Source: Camelus dromedarius (taxonomy: Eukaryota). From it: a stretch of DNA of 64,000 bases. A program made the translations under genes and the position numbers. The notes below the pieces were generated by a model. That model was not told the origin of the DNA and did not search any database. It worked only from the letters and a program-made list of their open reading frames with translations. How positions within the stretch are numbered: position 1 is the stretch's first letter; each line of letters begins with the position of its first letter. Location of the stretch: the NCBI RefSeq assembly GCF_036321535.1, contig NC_087436.1, positions 65,846,001 to 65,910,000 on the forward strand, written 5' to 3'. Of the stretch, positions 1-11,781 are shown piece after piece.

Positions 1-455
1 AGAATTCATGCTATGCCTCACAACTTTTAGAAGTCCCCCATCTTTACCATGATAAAAAACAAAGTCTTTATTATGGTGGATAAGACCACACACATTCGTG
101 AGCCCTCTGCTTTTCTTGGACCTCATTTTTTCTTCTCCATTCCTTCACCCATTTCTAGGCTTTGCTCCACCTATACTGGCCTCCTTGCTCTTCCTTGAAC
201 GTGCTAATCATGTGTTTGGTGCTGGGGTTTGTACTTACTGTTCCCTCTCCCTGGAATGCTCACCCCTGAGATACCTGACATGCCTCTTCCTTTCACTTTC
301 TTCAAGTTTCTTTTCAAACATCACTTTGTCAGTCAAGTTTCCATTGACCATACTCCATAAAATAGCACCTCAGTCTCTTATAATTCACCATTTCACTCAC
401 CTCAATTTATTTCTCTCCATAGCACTTATCCTTTTCTGACACAGTATATATTTAA
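1..455 (+). mobile_element. LINE-2 (L2) 3' fragment, ancient
   Basis: L2-typical motifs ctggcctccttgctcttccttgaac, ctgttccctctccctggaatgct, catagcacttatc. Confidence 0.75.
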
Positions 456-2529
456 ACAATTCATAAAGTAATAAAGCAATAATTTATGATTATCTGTGGT
501 ATTTTATCACATGTGAACTGAAGACATTGAATTTAAAGGAAAAAGAAATAAAAGGAAAAATGAATATTTATATATCATTTTTTTGAAATAAGCACTAAAG
601 TTTCTTAATTCCAGAAATAGGAAATAAAATTCAGCTACTGCCATTTGGTTGCTTACAGTCTAGTTGGAGAAGTGGTCATAAAGATCTGATGGCATCTCTA
701 CGTCTTAGGAGAAACGTGGAGGATTTCATAGGGAAGGTGATATCTAACTAGGTCTTGAAGAATATGTAAAACACCAGGATGGATAAAAGAGGAAAGACAT
801 TCCAATCAGAGGACCAACACAGAACTATGAAATAGTGATGGCAAGCTCAGTAGTTGACTGGCTAAGACAAAAAGAAGCCAAGATGTTTTCTAATTATTTT
901 GGTTTTTTTCACCTCTTTGGATTTAAAATCTAGAAAAAAAGTTTGAAAATACATTTTATCTTTCTGAATAATTACTGCAGAATAGTATAACTATGTAAAA
1001 ATATCTGTTACCACACAATCTGTTTTAAATAGTTTTTATTTTAGAACACTGATTGGAGTAGGTATGTAAAATTTCTTCACTTTTTCATCTTCATCTGAGT
1101 GTGTGCTTTAGTTTGAGTTTTATTCTCCAAAGGACATTAATTTTTAATGAATGTATGCCAATTCATGTAAAAAATAAAAAATCTTATTACTATGTGGAAA
1201 TAATTTGTTTTACTACTTTACTTCATTTTTGTCAAGTGCATATGAATAAGCAAGTCCAAATAAACTTTTGCTTTATTTTTTTGCTAAAAAATTCATATTT
1301 TGAGTTCTCTGAATCACGTGGTTTCTTCTTTTACTCCTATTCCCTGTTATGTTAAAATAACTGCATTTTTATCATGCAATTTCAGTATATACATACTTGT
1401 CTCCTGGCAATGCTGCATAAAAAATTAAGAATGTAATGCATTTATGTTGAAATTAAATAACCTAGAAAATATCAACATTTCCTTGAAAGAAAAGCTTGCC
1501 AAAAATTACTATTTAAAACAATACACTCAAAAATTTTTAATTGCAATGACTTCTTAAATATAAAACTGTTTACTGAAAATTAAATTCATTCACTTTCTTT
1601 CTGCATTTTAAAATAAAAATACATGACTAAATTGATCTAACACAGATCTGTTCACTGAAACATGCCAACCAAGTGTAAATTAAATTTTGTTTTTGTTAGG
1701 TTTAAAGGATTGGCTTCCATTTAACAATCCATAATATTTATGTCTCAACGTTTATCTAATTTTGTCTAACTACTGCAGATTCTACATGTTTGATTCTGAC
1801 AAACCTATCCAGGATGTTAACTGGCCTGATCTTATTATATGAGAAAAACAAATGCATAAAAATTCAATTTGTAGTGATACAGAATTGGAACAACTGTATT
1901 TGCTACAATGATATGATATTCTACCTATTGTGTGACACACTGTAAGAAACAGTCCTTCTACTATCTTACTCCATCACATGAAACTTTAAAAAGAATTGAT
2001 ATAATTCACATTGGTCTCATATAACAGTGCTATTTTGTAGCTGGTTAGTGCTCCTCATTGCTTTGAAAATGGTTTCAAGGGATATAAAAAATTCCAAGAG
2101 CAAGAGCAATGGCAGTTGTAGTTGAATAGCTATCAATGCTTAAATGAAAACATCCAATAGACAATACTTCTAAAAGTCAAAGGATATTCAACCTCTTTTG
2201 TTGTTTACTTAGCCAAACACCGCTGTGGTGATGTCTTTAAAAATTCCTATTTCAGGTTACTTCATTTAGGCTGTGTTGCCATTTTATGTTTCTATTTTTA
2301 TATTGCAGACAAGATTTTTGGCATATATTTGAAATAAAAATAAAAATATTTTAATTACACATAAAGATCCTTTAAAAACATCTTCCAGTATCTCAGGAAA
2401 TAAAATTTAGTCTCTCCCAATGAAAATACATCATTCAAGATGGCCATTATGCAACTCGAAATATAAGATTGTAGTGGTTTTCTAGGTAATTCAGTTTCTC
2501 CTAGGAAAAAATCAAATTTCCTGCCCAAT

Positions 2530-2830
2530 GTTGAAACAAATATCTAGGTCTAAGATGGAGCTCCTTCTGCCCAGTGTGCCACATGAGCAAACTGAAACTT
2601 AGAGAACTTCTATGTCCCTGCAAATGATCTGTTTGACCAGAAACACAGTATATCCAGCCAGCCAATCCGCAAACGTCAAGCCAGCTCTGGGCCTTCTTAC
2701 CCCAAACACAGCTGACTATGTGACCCCAGTCAATCAGATATTTTCTATTTTTTCTTCCTTGTTTTTTATTCTTTGTCCTATAAAAGCTTCCTGTCTGCTG
2801 TTCTCCAGCATGCAGCTCTCAAATTCAAAC
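2530..2830 (+). mobile_element. ERV1-class LTR fragment
   Basis: aagatggag..., agccaatc, caatcagata and cctataaaagcttcc in LTR U3 order; no clear termini or TSD. Confidence 0.5.
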
Positions 2831-3032
2831 AAAACTTGGCCAAGTTAGTGACCTTACAATTGCAATAGCTTCAAGGCCAGAAACTTAAAGTATACAGGCC
2901 TTTCCCTTTGCACCCTCCTAGAGGTCCAACATCAAAACAGTAGTCCATAAATTAATATCTCATTTGCAATTAACCAGGACACTAGAGGAAATACAGTCCT
3001 TGAAGCTTCTGTCAAATCCTTCCACACCAACT

Positions 3033-3079
3033 CACACACACACACTCAGACACACACATACACACCACACACACACACA
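3033..3079. repeat. Imperfect (CA)n microsatellite
   Basis: Directly visible. Confidence 0.9.
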
Positions 3080-3094
3080 TTACCTTGTACTACC

Positions 3095-4190
3095 TCTTAA
3101 CTATTAGGTAAGAGATAAATAAGCTTCTGTTTTACTTGAGCCACTTTATTTTTTGATCTCATTATTAAATAAGTATAACATATATTTTAATTAATACATT
3201 AATTGGTACCTGGGATTAGGGTATAGCAACAAGAAAAACTAGCAATATGGCATGACTTAGTACTTGAGCTATAGCTAGCAAAGACACAAACATTCTAGGC
3301 TGGGAAGCATGTGCTCCTTTTTATGCTATGACAAACCATAATATTCTATGTCAACTTGCAAGGTATATCATATATCTCATAAGTCTATAGTTTTAAGGGA
3401 GATAGTAGATTCATATCATTAGTATTTATTTGCGTGTTCCGGTGTTTTATTTTTTCACCAAGGGACTACTGAAATAGAGAGATTAGGAAAGAATCAACCT
3501 ACACACAAGAAGTGATTGAAGAGAACAGAGTTCTGCCAAGAGCAAATGCTAGACCCGCAACTAAATAAATAGAGTGAGACAGACAATGAGGCGGTTTCCA
3601 AATCAAGAAAACATTTTCACTAAGAATCTTCCTAAACAGGCTTAAATTAGGCATTCTTGGCCAGACATTGGGGACCTGCCAATGATAAAGTTTTTATTAG
3701 AGACTGATGCTTTTGCTTCCAAGCTAATAGTTTTAATGTCCTTCAGTTTGCCATAATGCAAATGAGAGATAAATGGATGGATCAGATATGGAAAACAGCA
3801 AATAAAGAAGAGTCAGCAGACTGAAAATCTATGTTCAGAAGGGATCTGTGAGTGTGGTTATTTGCACTTGGAAGTGAAAGAAAAAAAACAGATTAGAAAC
3901 TTACTATTTCACTGAGGAAATCTTACTAACAAAGGAAACACAAACATGTTCTATAAAAAAGCCTTTGTCCAGTCCCTGAAGCAACATTTGCTTTCAAGCA
4001 TGTATCAGCAAGAAGCAGTCTTCAGAAGTTGTTTGGCTAGTGAGGAAGCAAACACTCCAACAAATTCAGGTATTGCTATTGAGGATGCTAAACAATGAGG
4101 AATCTCCCAGAGATCAAAGCCAGGAACCACAGAGGCCAAGATGTCAGGGAGTTACCAGACAAGAATCAAAGGCATCTGATAAGATAAAAA
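3095..4190 (+). mobile_element. MaLR (MLT1-like) LTR 3' end followed by internal sequence
   Basis: LTR end aaataagcttctgttttacttgagccact...taataca (to ~3198), then ttggtacc, the typical MaLR internal start, and gggatctgtgagtgtggtta. Confidence 0.6.
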
Positions 4191-4480
4191 AGAAACTGTC
4201 TCTACATTTAATATCTATATTATCTAAGTTTAAACTTATATGTTTTAACAATAATAAAAACAATAAATTGTAAATGTTTATGAGTGTTTAACTATGAAAC
4301 ACTGAAAGCAATATTACAATTTTATTCAGTTTTATTCTATTAAGCCCTAAATTATTCTTTAACATCACATTATTTTTCTTGAAATTTACATATAGAAATT
4401 GTAAGAATATTCCTATAGTGGTGGCCTTCATATACAGATTTTAATATTTATGGAATACAAATTCACTTAAATGTCTAGGA

Positions 4481-4660
4481 CAGAGATTCTCAAATTTTCT
4501 TATTATGGTCATTTTTGGACTGAATCATTCTTTGCTGCAGGATGCTGTCCTGTGCACTGTAGGATGTCTAGAAACACCCTGGCTTCTGTACACTAAATAC
4601 CAGTATCACTGCCCTCAGCTGTGACATCCAAACATGCCTCTAGACATTGTCAAATGTCTG
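4481..4660 (-). mobile_element. MER20 (hAT-Charlie non-autonomous DNA transposon)
   Basis: gctgtcctgtgcactgtaggatg...cagctgtgaca...agacattgtcaaatgtc matches the recalled MER20 reverse complement. Confidence 0.85.
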
Positions 4661-6179
4661 ACTGCATCATCATCTCTGCTGCTTTAGAACATTTAACACC
4701 ATTCTCCTGAGTTCTTCCAGAGAACTTCAGTTCTTGCAGACAGACTTCAAGAACTAGAACATAGATCATATTCTTGTTTCGACTGCAGGGCTACCTAACT
4801 ATACTCTAGACACTTCATTTTATTCACCTGCCTAAACAGAAAAATGAAATATATGTTTTTAAAATTTTATGACATTGTTTTATTTTCTTCATGATGTTTG
4901 AAATAGATACCTCTGAAACACAGGAGCCGATTTCTAAACAATTTCTATGTTAGTCTACTTCAGTGTCTATCCAAATTGATGAGAAAGCATAAAAAAGGAA
5001 GAAAGAATGAGAGAAAAAAAGAAGGAAAGAAAAATGTCAGATTTGTATGTGTGAGTTCTGCCATTTTCTGTAATTGTACCAATTATATAGTGCCATTTTA
5101 GATGTATCTCTGTACTGGCTTTGGTTTTATTTTTCTGCATCAATAATACAAAAGTAGCAATTTCACTTGAAAAACAAATTAAAATTAGCATAAATAGTCC
5201 ACATTCACTCTGATATTAGAGTACTGAAGAAGAGCTTTCACACTTCACATTTCACATTTTTATGTATAAAAAGATATAAAATTCATGACCCACAAGTTGG
5301 TATTCATATAAATTAAAATAAATAGGATTTGTATAAATAGGCCTCCAAACTCTGATTTAAAAAAGAAATAAAAATATATGTATTTAAAATAATCATGCAA
5401 ATATGTCAGTTTTTCAAATATCTTGCAGGTGGAAATGCAGTCCCAGAGAGTGAGGCTCAGGTACATTTTATTATTCATGGGTCTAAAAATGAATCTTGAA
5501 ACCACTGGTTGCCCTCATCTGTTATTTGCTCCATAGGTAAAGAAAGAGACTGTAATTTTTGTTTTGTTGTTTTTACACATGTATAGAGAACTTAAAATAT
5601 TGAATTAGTTATTTCTGTAGTATTGGTTACTAAGTAATGAAGGCTAAAAGAAAACAAAGACTTAGAGCAACTCTTTTAATGAATTGTAATGAACAATATC
5701 CAGGCAACGTTTTAAGCTTTAAAAAGACAACTTCAAATTATTCTGCTTCCCTGAATTGATGTGGGATAGTCTCCAGAAATCAATCAATGACACTTCTGAC
5801 TTTTAACTCTGTTCTTAGATAGTGTCTTACTCAATTTTTTATATCATCAGTAAAGTACCAAAGACTATAAAACAAGTAGTAGCTCTTCCTCATTTGATTT
5901 CCTTTATTCTCTCTGGTTCTTACCAGCAGTTAATCTTTCAGCCTTTGACAATAAAAATGAATTCTGTGTAAGGATTTATTAGCAACTGTTAGGTAGTCAC
6001 TGGAGAACGCTATTCTCCCTGGTTTAAAAAATCTAAAAATCTGTCAGAGTCACATGCTGCCCACTAAACTACTCAGGTGATAGTTTTAAAAGTTATTTTG
6101 AAGAGGAGGTTTTACAAGGATTGATAGTTCATCTCGATTTGAAAGTGTCATAGAAATTCGGAAAATCCCGCCTGTTTCT

Positions 6180-6480
6180 TCATTAAATGTATTTATTTAG
6201 CATCTAATATGTGCCAGGCACTGTTCCACTCTGATAAGTTCTATGAAGAAAACAGAGGGATGAGATAGAGCATGGCCTGAGAAAGTGTGATTTATATAAG
6301 GTAGTCAGAGAACGCATAACAAATGAGATGATATTTTTACTGAGACTTAGTTTACAAGGAGGCAGCAGGCATAAGCCATCCAGACAAAAATTAAACAATG
6401 AAAATAAAACCTTAGGGAGGACTGAGCTTTGACCTTCAGAAATAAAAGAAGGGCCATGACTGTGGCATGTATTAGGCAGT
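6180..6480 (-). mobile_element. L2 3' end fragment
   Basis: atttatttagcatctaatatgtgccaggcactgttc is the antisense L2 tail. Confidence 0.65.
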
Positions 6481-6659
6481 GAGAAAACAATAAGAAAAAT
6501 AAAACACTTGAGAATTATATAATATGCCAAATAATGAAGGAAAATTACAAATACTATTCAAAAAATAAGGCATTGTTAAAAGATGAATCTATGTATTGAG
6601 AAGACACAATATGTTTTTTCATTTTAATTATGTTTTAATTAATTAATTCTACTTAACAT

Positions 6660-7168
6660 AAGGAATGAGGCAGAGATGTTTGCTCCAACCTCTTCTGGTC
6701 AACAGTTGATTGCAATAGGTTAAGAAAACGAGATGTAAATTATATGGACTGGAGAGGAGGAAGTGAAGCTCAATTTACAGATGACACTATTGCCTACATA
6801 GAATATCCTAAGGAACCTACCAAAAAGCAACTCAAATTAATAAACTTAGCAAGATTGCAGTATGGAAGGTTAATATATAAAAAAAAATTATTTTTTTATT
6901 CTAGCAATGAACAGTTGGAAACTGAAATGGAACAAATAACAGCATTTGCATCAAAAATATGAAATACTTAGTAAATTTAACAATGCGCATGCAAGTCTTG
7001 CATACCAAAACCCATATAACATTGCTGAGAAAAATTATAAAAACTTAACTAAATGGAAGGTTATGCCATGTTCATACATTGGAAGATCTTATGTTCTTAA
7101 AAAGCCAATTTTCCCCAAATTGACCTATAGATTTAATGTAATCCCAGTTAAATCTTAGCAGGCTTTTT
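6660..7168 (+). mobile_element. Old L1 (L1M) ORF2 reverse-transcriptase fragment, frameshifted
   Basis: ORFs 6744-6962 (QFTDDTIAYIEYPKE, like LFADDMIVYLENPK) and 6946-7158 (KWKVMPCSYIGR...PKLTYRFNVIPVK). Confidence 0.9.
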
Positions 7169-7173
7169 AAAAA

Positions 7174-7625
7174 TAGCAGCAATAGTTTCTTTGTTCATTT
7201 TAATATATTTTAGGAAACAATATACAAAACTGAGCTTTCCCACCATCTCCAAATAACAGCAGGAAGCTCCAGTTACACATATTTAGCGTTTTGTGATGGC
7301 TAAAAACAGCAGTCAGCACCAGACTTGAATAGTTAGCTACAACACAAACATCCTTCAAAATGAAATGTCATCATAGCAAGACAGGTAAACCAGGGTTTAA
7401 CAAATGACAACCATTTGGGAAGTGATCTAATCATTCTTGTTGAATTTCGTATTTCATTAAATATTCTTATACACAGATTCCTGCTTACAGGTTTTAAACA
7501 AAACCTCCCTTAAGGAATTATTTCAATTAAGAATAAAAGTTCAACAAGAACAGTTCTGACAAAACCCTCAGCTAGTTCAAGTTCTAATGTGCACTGACCA
7601 AAGGAAAAGAAAAACAATAATTTTT
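7174..7625 (-). pseudogene. PTP4A2: 5'-truncated processed retrocopy (3' UTR only), tentatively PTP4A2-like; right boundary uncertain
   Basis: Non-repeat sequence starting abruptly where the L1M fragment ends. The minus strand has ATTAAA (7199-7204) 25 nt before the end ...gaaactattgctgcta. The sequence (ttgttaaaccctggtttacctgtcttgctat...agccatcacaaaacgctaaat) resembles my recollection of the PTP4A2 mRNA 3' end; not database-verified. Confidence 0.55.
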
Positions 7626-8699
7626 AAAACAAAGTTTTAACATGTTTATTAAGACACACTATTTTTAAGCAAGGTAATTTGTTTAATGTAATTCTTAGCA
7701 CTAGCCAAAGTGGCTTCTTCTAAAATATGATAAATTGCTTCTAGAGATTATCAAAAAATATCAATAAGTGGACATTTTAGGGACTAAATAACAATGATTT
7801 TATTCTATAGAATTAAATATTTAAATTTCACCTCAATTTTTTGTTTCTTTGATCCTTTCTTTAATTTTTGCTTCCTCACTATCATTTTAAGCTAGAAACT
7901 GAGCATCAATTTGAAGGGATCATTTGAACTTCACGTAGAACCTGAGAAAGAGATGTTCCTGCACAAGATAATACTGGATCCAAAAACTCTGTGGGAAAGT
8001 CTATTTGACCACAAATAAGAGCTAGCAAGGTGGAATTCTGAGTTAAGGATCAGAAAATAAAAGGAATTACATTGCAGATGAGAGGGAAAATTTTCTATGT
8101 TAAGGAATTTATGATGCGCATCTTTTCTCTATCTCTCTTGTAGAACTTCAATAAAATGTACATTGATGGTTACAGTTGCTGATATTTTGATGGAATAGAT
8201 AAGCTTAAATTCTTCTGCCACAATACATAAAGATTCTGGTTCAATATGTATTTCAGTCATGAAAAGATTTCTGACTAAATTATAAGATTGGAAAGAAAAT
8301 AATCAAGAGATCAAGAAAGAAGCAAGTGTAAATATTTAAGAAGAAATGTTAATTCCATGTTATTCTAAAGCTTTTACCCAAATGACCACATAAGGAGCTA
8401 CAAACAAAGCTTATGCAAATGGTGAATTGATTGAGATGGGCATACCCAAAAGGAAACTCATGAACTAAGCATCAACGTAAGAAAGACTGAGCAAGCTAGA
8501 AGACAAAAACCACAATAAAAATATTCAATGTTAGAGTAGGCAATAAGGATAATTGTTTGGATCCAATTAGATCTGGGTAAAGTAGAGAAAAACATCTCCC
8601 CTGTGAGGTGTTTGGCTATCAGGTTAGACATCAAATCTCTGTATGGTCTGCATGGTCTACAAGGCCACAAAGAAACAAAAAATTTAAACTATTTCTTTA

Positions 8700-9780
8700 T
8701 TTTATCTGTTCCAGGCGTACAGCAAAGGCAAAAGCAAAACTCCCCTGGGAGAAAATACTCTACATTCAGATCTTAAATAATGACAATTTCTACTAAATAT
8801 ATGATCAAGTATCAGATCTCACAAAATATAAAATCATACAAAGTTTCTTGAGTGAGAGTAGACAAAACATTCATACAATAATATCAGACTTAAGAAGACT
8901 TCACATACAAATATCATGCATCGTAGATAGTTATTATCACTTCAGCTGGTATTTTAAAGAATGAAAATTTAGTTAAGAATCACAAGACCATTAAAAATGA
9001 TCAGACATGTCAGAAAATGACCAAAAACCCTCCCAGATTCAGATAATTTTTCAATAATGATCATATTTAAAATTAAAATTAACAGATTTAAGTAACAGAT
9101 TTTACACAGCTGAAGAATGGAACTAGTGAAGCAGAAAATAGTCCTAAAGAAATTAAACAAGATGCAACATTGAGAAACAAAGAATTGGAAAATATGAAGA
9201 AGTGAAGATACATGGAAGGTATAGAAAGATGGACTAGCACTAAGTATAAGAAAACTTCCAGGAGGAAGATAGAGACAGAATGCTGATATAAAAACATTAT
9301 TTTAAAAATAAGATAAACACATTCTTGTACACTTAGAGCATAATAAATCCTAATATGGATAGATAAATATAAATCCATGCCTATTTTTACTTGTAAAATT
9401 AGATATTAAAGTTATAGATGTTATTGTCAAAGTTGCAAGTATAAAAGACTGATTATCTTCAAAGATAATTTTAAAAGTAATAAAAGAAACCAGAGCCAAT
9501 GGGAAATATTTTCAAAGGGAAACATAATAGTCTACCTAGAATTCCATAAACAAGGTGTGAAATTATATTTTAGAAATATGAAATAATTACATTTTCACAA
9601 AAACTGTTATTCACTAAACAAGTTTTAAGATGAAGGAAATTATCATAAGAAATAGTTACGAAAGCATAAAGAAATAGAGACTAAAGAAATACTATACACA
9701 TGTACAAGTTCATTTAAGCAAAAAGATGGGCTAAAAATACAGAGTTCAAAACTTAGCCAATAAGAGCATGTAAACTGAAG
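8700..9780 (+). mobile_element. Ancient L1M ORF1-region remnant
   Basis: A-rich; acacagctgaagaatggaactagtgaagcagaaaatagtcctaaagaaatt...ggaaaatatgaagaag resembles the ORF1 coiled-coil region; no open frame. Confidence 0.65.
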
Positions 9781-10249
9781 GTTAGAAATTTGAGTGAAAG
9801 TATTTGTCTTTTAATCTTTAAAAAAAATCAACGTAGTGTTTAAAATACAAAGACATGAATGCTGCTTACACTAAGCTACATAATTCTCCTTATCTATATT
9901 GTTAGTTTTACCTACTTAAAAAAATAATAAGCATTCTGTGTCCTTAGTACAGTCTCAGCTTGTGATTCACTGCTAAGTTCTCTTGATACACTGAAATGCA
10001 TGAGACATTTGGATAGTTTCAACCTTAATAGAAATTTCTACCTTGAGCCTTTTTGATCAGTTTCAATCTGATCTCTGTATCTTTTGCCTATCATTTCCCC
10101 CCAAAACCTCTATTGATTCTTCTCATCCTGGAGAGTCTTTTTATCTCTCTTTCAGACTCAATTTCCTGAACCCTCTTTTTTCAACTCCTTCTTTTTCACT
10201 CATCTGTTTTATTTTTTAAATGTACATTCTCCTGTCAGTTTTGGAGAAA

Positions 10250-11345
10250 AGGTATCTCTTAATTTGAGTTCCCTAAAAAAGTCTAAGAGGAGTTTTTTTG
10301 TTGTTGTTGTTGTTGTTGTTTTTGGATGAGTGCAGTAGAAGAGAAATGAGAGAAGCAGAATAAACCAGTGGAAAACAGTTAAGCAAGTGTGGCATTACAG
10401 CTAGAGGCTAGCTTCATTCTATACCTTGGAGAGCTCTGGAAGTTGAATTGATCACTGAGTTGATCTTACTTTCTGGAATGGGAACTAACATTTTGTCATT
10501 CTATACCAGTGTGCCAAAGACTGCAGACAGTACCTCTGGAGTAGTAACATTTTCTCCTAGGGGAGCTCTTTAGACCCAGAACAATTCTCAGAGAAGAGGG
10601 CAGCAACAGAAAACGATCCATTAGAATGAAACACTCACAGCTCCTGGAGGATGGATGCATCTGGCAGTAAAAGAATCAAGACAAATTGCTGATAGCAACT
10701 GCTCAATTGCACTTGATCCTCACATTCTAAATTGATCCAGCTGCAAATTCCCCAATGTTCAGGTTGGTCAGACTTCTGGGAAAACTTACAAGAGATGGGA
10801 TAGTAGGATACATTAAATACCTCATTGGTTCAGTTGGTCCATAGGCCATAACTGACACTTTTCTGCCCAAAATTCTAAATCCCTCACTATCTTAGCACTT
10901 CTGCTGGCCTAGTTGGCTGGCCTGATGGAGTGAACCAGATTTGCATTACTGAGGGTCCTAAGCATTATATTCCATGCCCTCATCAGTCTGTGATTGCTAT
11001 ACTTGCCATTTCTAGTTGGAAACGGACATAAGAGTACCAAGAATAATTTTATTTGATCCCTTAATTCATAAACACGTTCCCTCTTGCCCCTATTATATAT
11101 GCATTAACAACCTTGCTTTCTTATTACAACCAGGGTCATTTTCCCTAACAGTATAATTCTTTTTTGTTTGTTTGTTTGTTTGCCTCTTAGAGGAAGCACC
11201 TTTCCCTGCCTACAAGCTCATACTGAGAAACAAGACCTTAAGTCTTACAGAACTTATGAAGACATGGGAAATACAGTATCTCCAAGTAGCTACTCAAGTG
11301 TTGATGACAAGATATGCTTCTATTTCTATCCTTTGTTCCCAGAAC
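10250..11345 (-). mobile_element. ERVL-class LTR (LTR16/33/41-like, ~10250-10705) plus adjacent ERV3-16A3-like internal remnant
   Basis: ggagagctctggaag LTR motif, then ggaaaacttacaagag...cagttggtccataggccataactgacact typical of ERVL internal antisense; includes (GTT)n at 10299-10321. Confidence 0.6.
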
Positions 11346-11394
11346 ATCTGCTCTAACAACTGGAAACATAGCACCACATAATGGCTGTTTAAAG

Positions 11395-11584
11395 GTAGTC
11401 AATCTCAACCTTTATCATTCACCAGAATCATCTGGAGACTTTGTTAGAAAACTGTTTACTAAGCCCCATCAGCAGAGTTTCTGCTTCAGTAGATCTAGGA
11501 TAAGGTTTGAGAGTTTGCATTTCCTATAAATTCCCAGGTAATACTGGTACCACTGGTCCAGGAATAAAATGTTGATACCTACTG
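11395..11584. mobile_element. MER5A (hAT-Charlie MITE)
   Basis: agaatcatctggagactttgtt...cagagtttctgcttcagtagatctagg...ttgcatttcct...ttcccaggt; ~190 bp. Confidence 0.85.
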
Positions 11585-11714
11585 ATATAAGTACATTGTA
11601 TACTCTAACCAATAATGTCTCATTATGCAGGATGTGATCTCCAAGATCTCAGTTGTACCTTCAAGAGTCTATTTGTTCAAACTTTCAGGACGTGTAATAT
11701 GTTGTAATTACAGA

Positions 11715-11781
11715 GGATCTGCTGTTTAAGCCACGCAGTCTATGGTAACTTTTTACAGCAACCTAAATTGACTATATGACA
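11715..11781 (+). mobile_element. MaLR (MLT1) LTR 3' tail fragment
   Basis: ctgtttaagccacgcagtctatggtaactttttacagcaacc. Confidence 0.65.

Noticed and set aside
98..439. 113-aa hydrophobic ORF
   Set aside because: Lies within pyrimidine-rich L2 sequence, has a non-ATG start and resembles no known protein
5429..5460. Possible 32-nt micro-exon (ttgcag|gtgg...ctcag|gtacat)
   Set aside because: Weak polypyrimidine tract and donor; expected by chance in 64 kb
7164..7629. tttttaaaa on both sides of the retrocopy as its TSD
   Set aside because: Low complexity, and no poly-T lies between it and the insert as TPRT geometry requires
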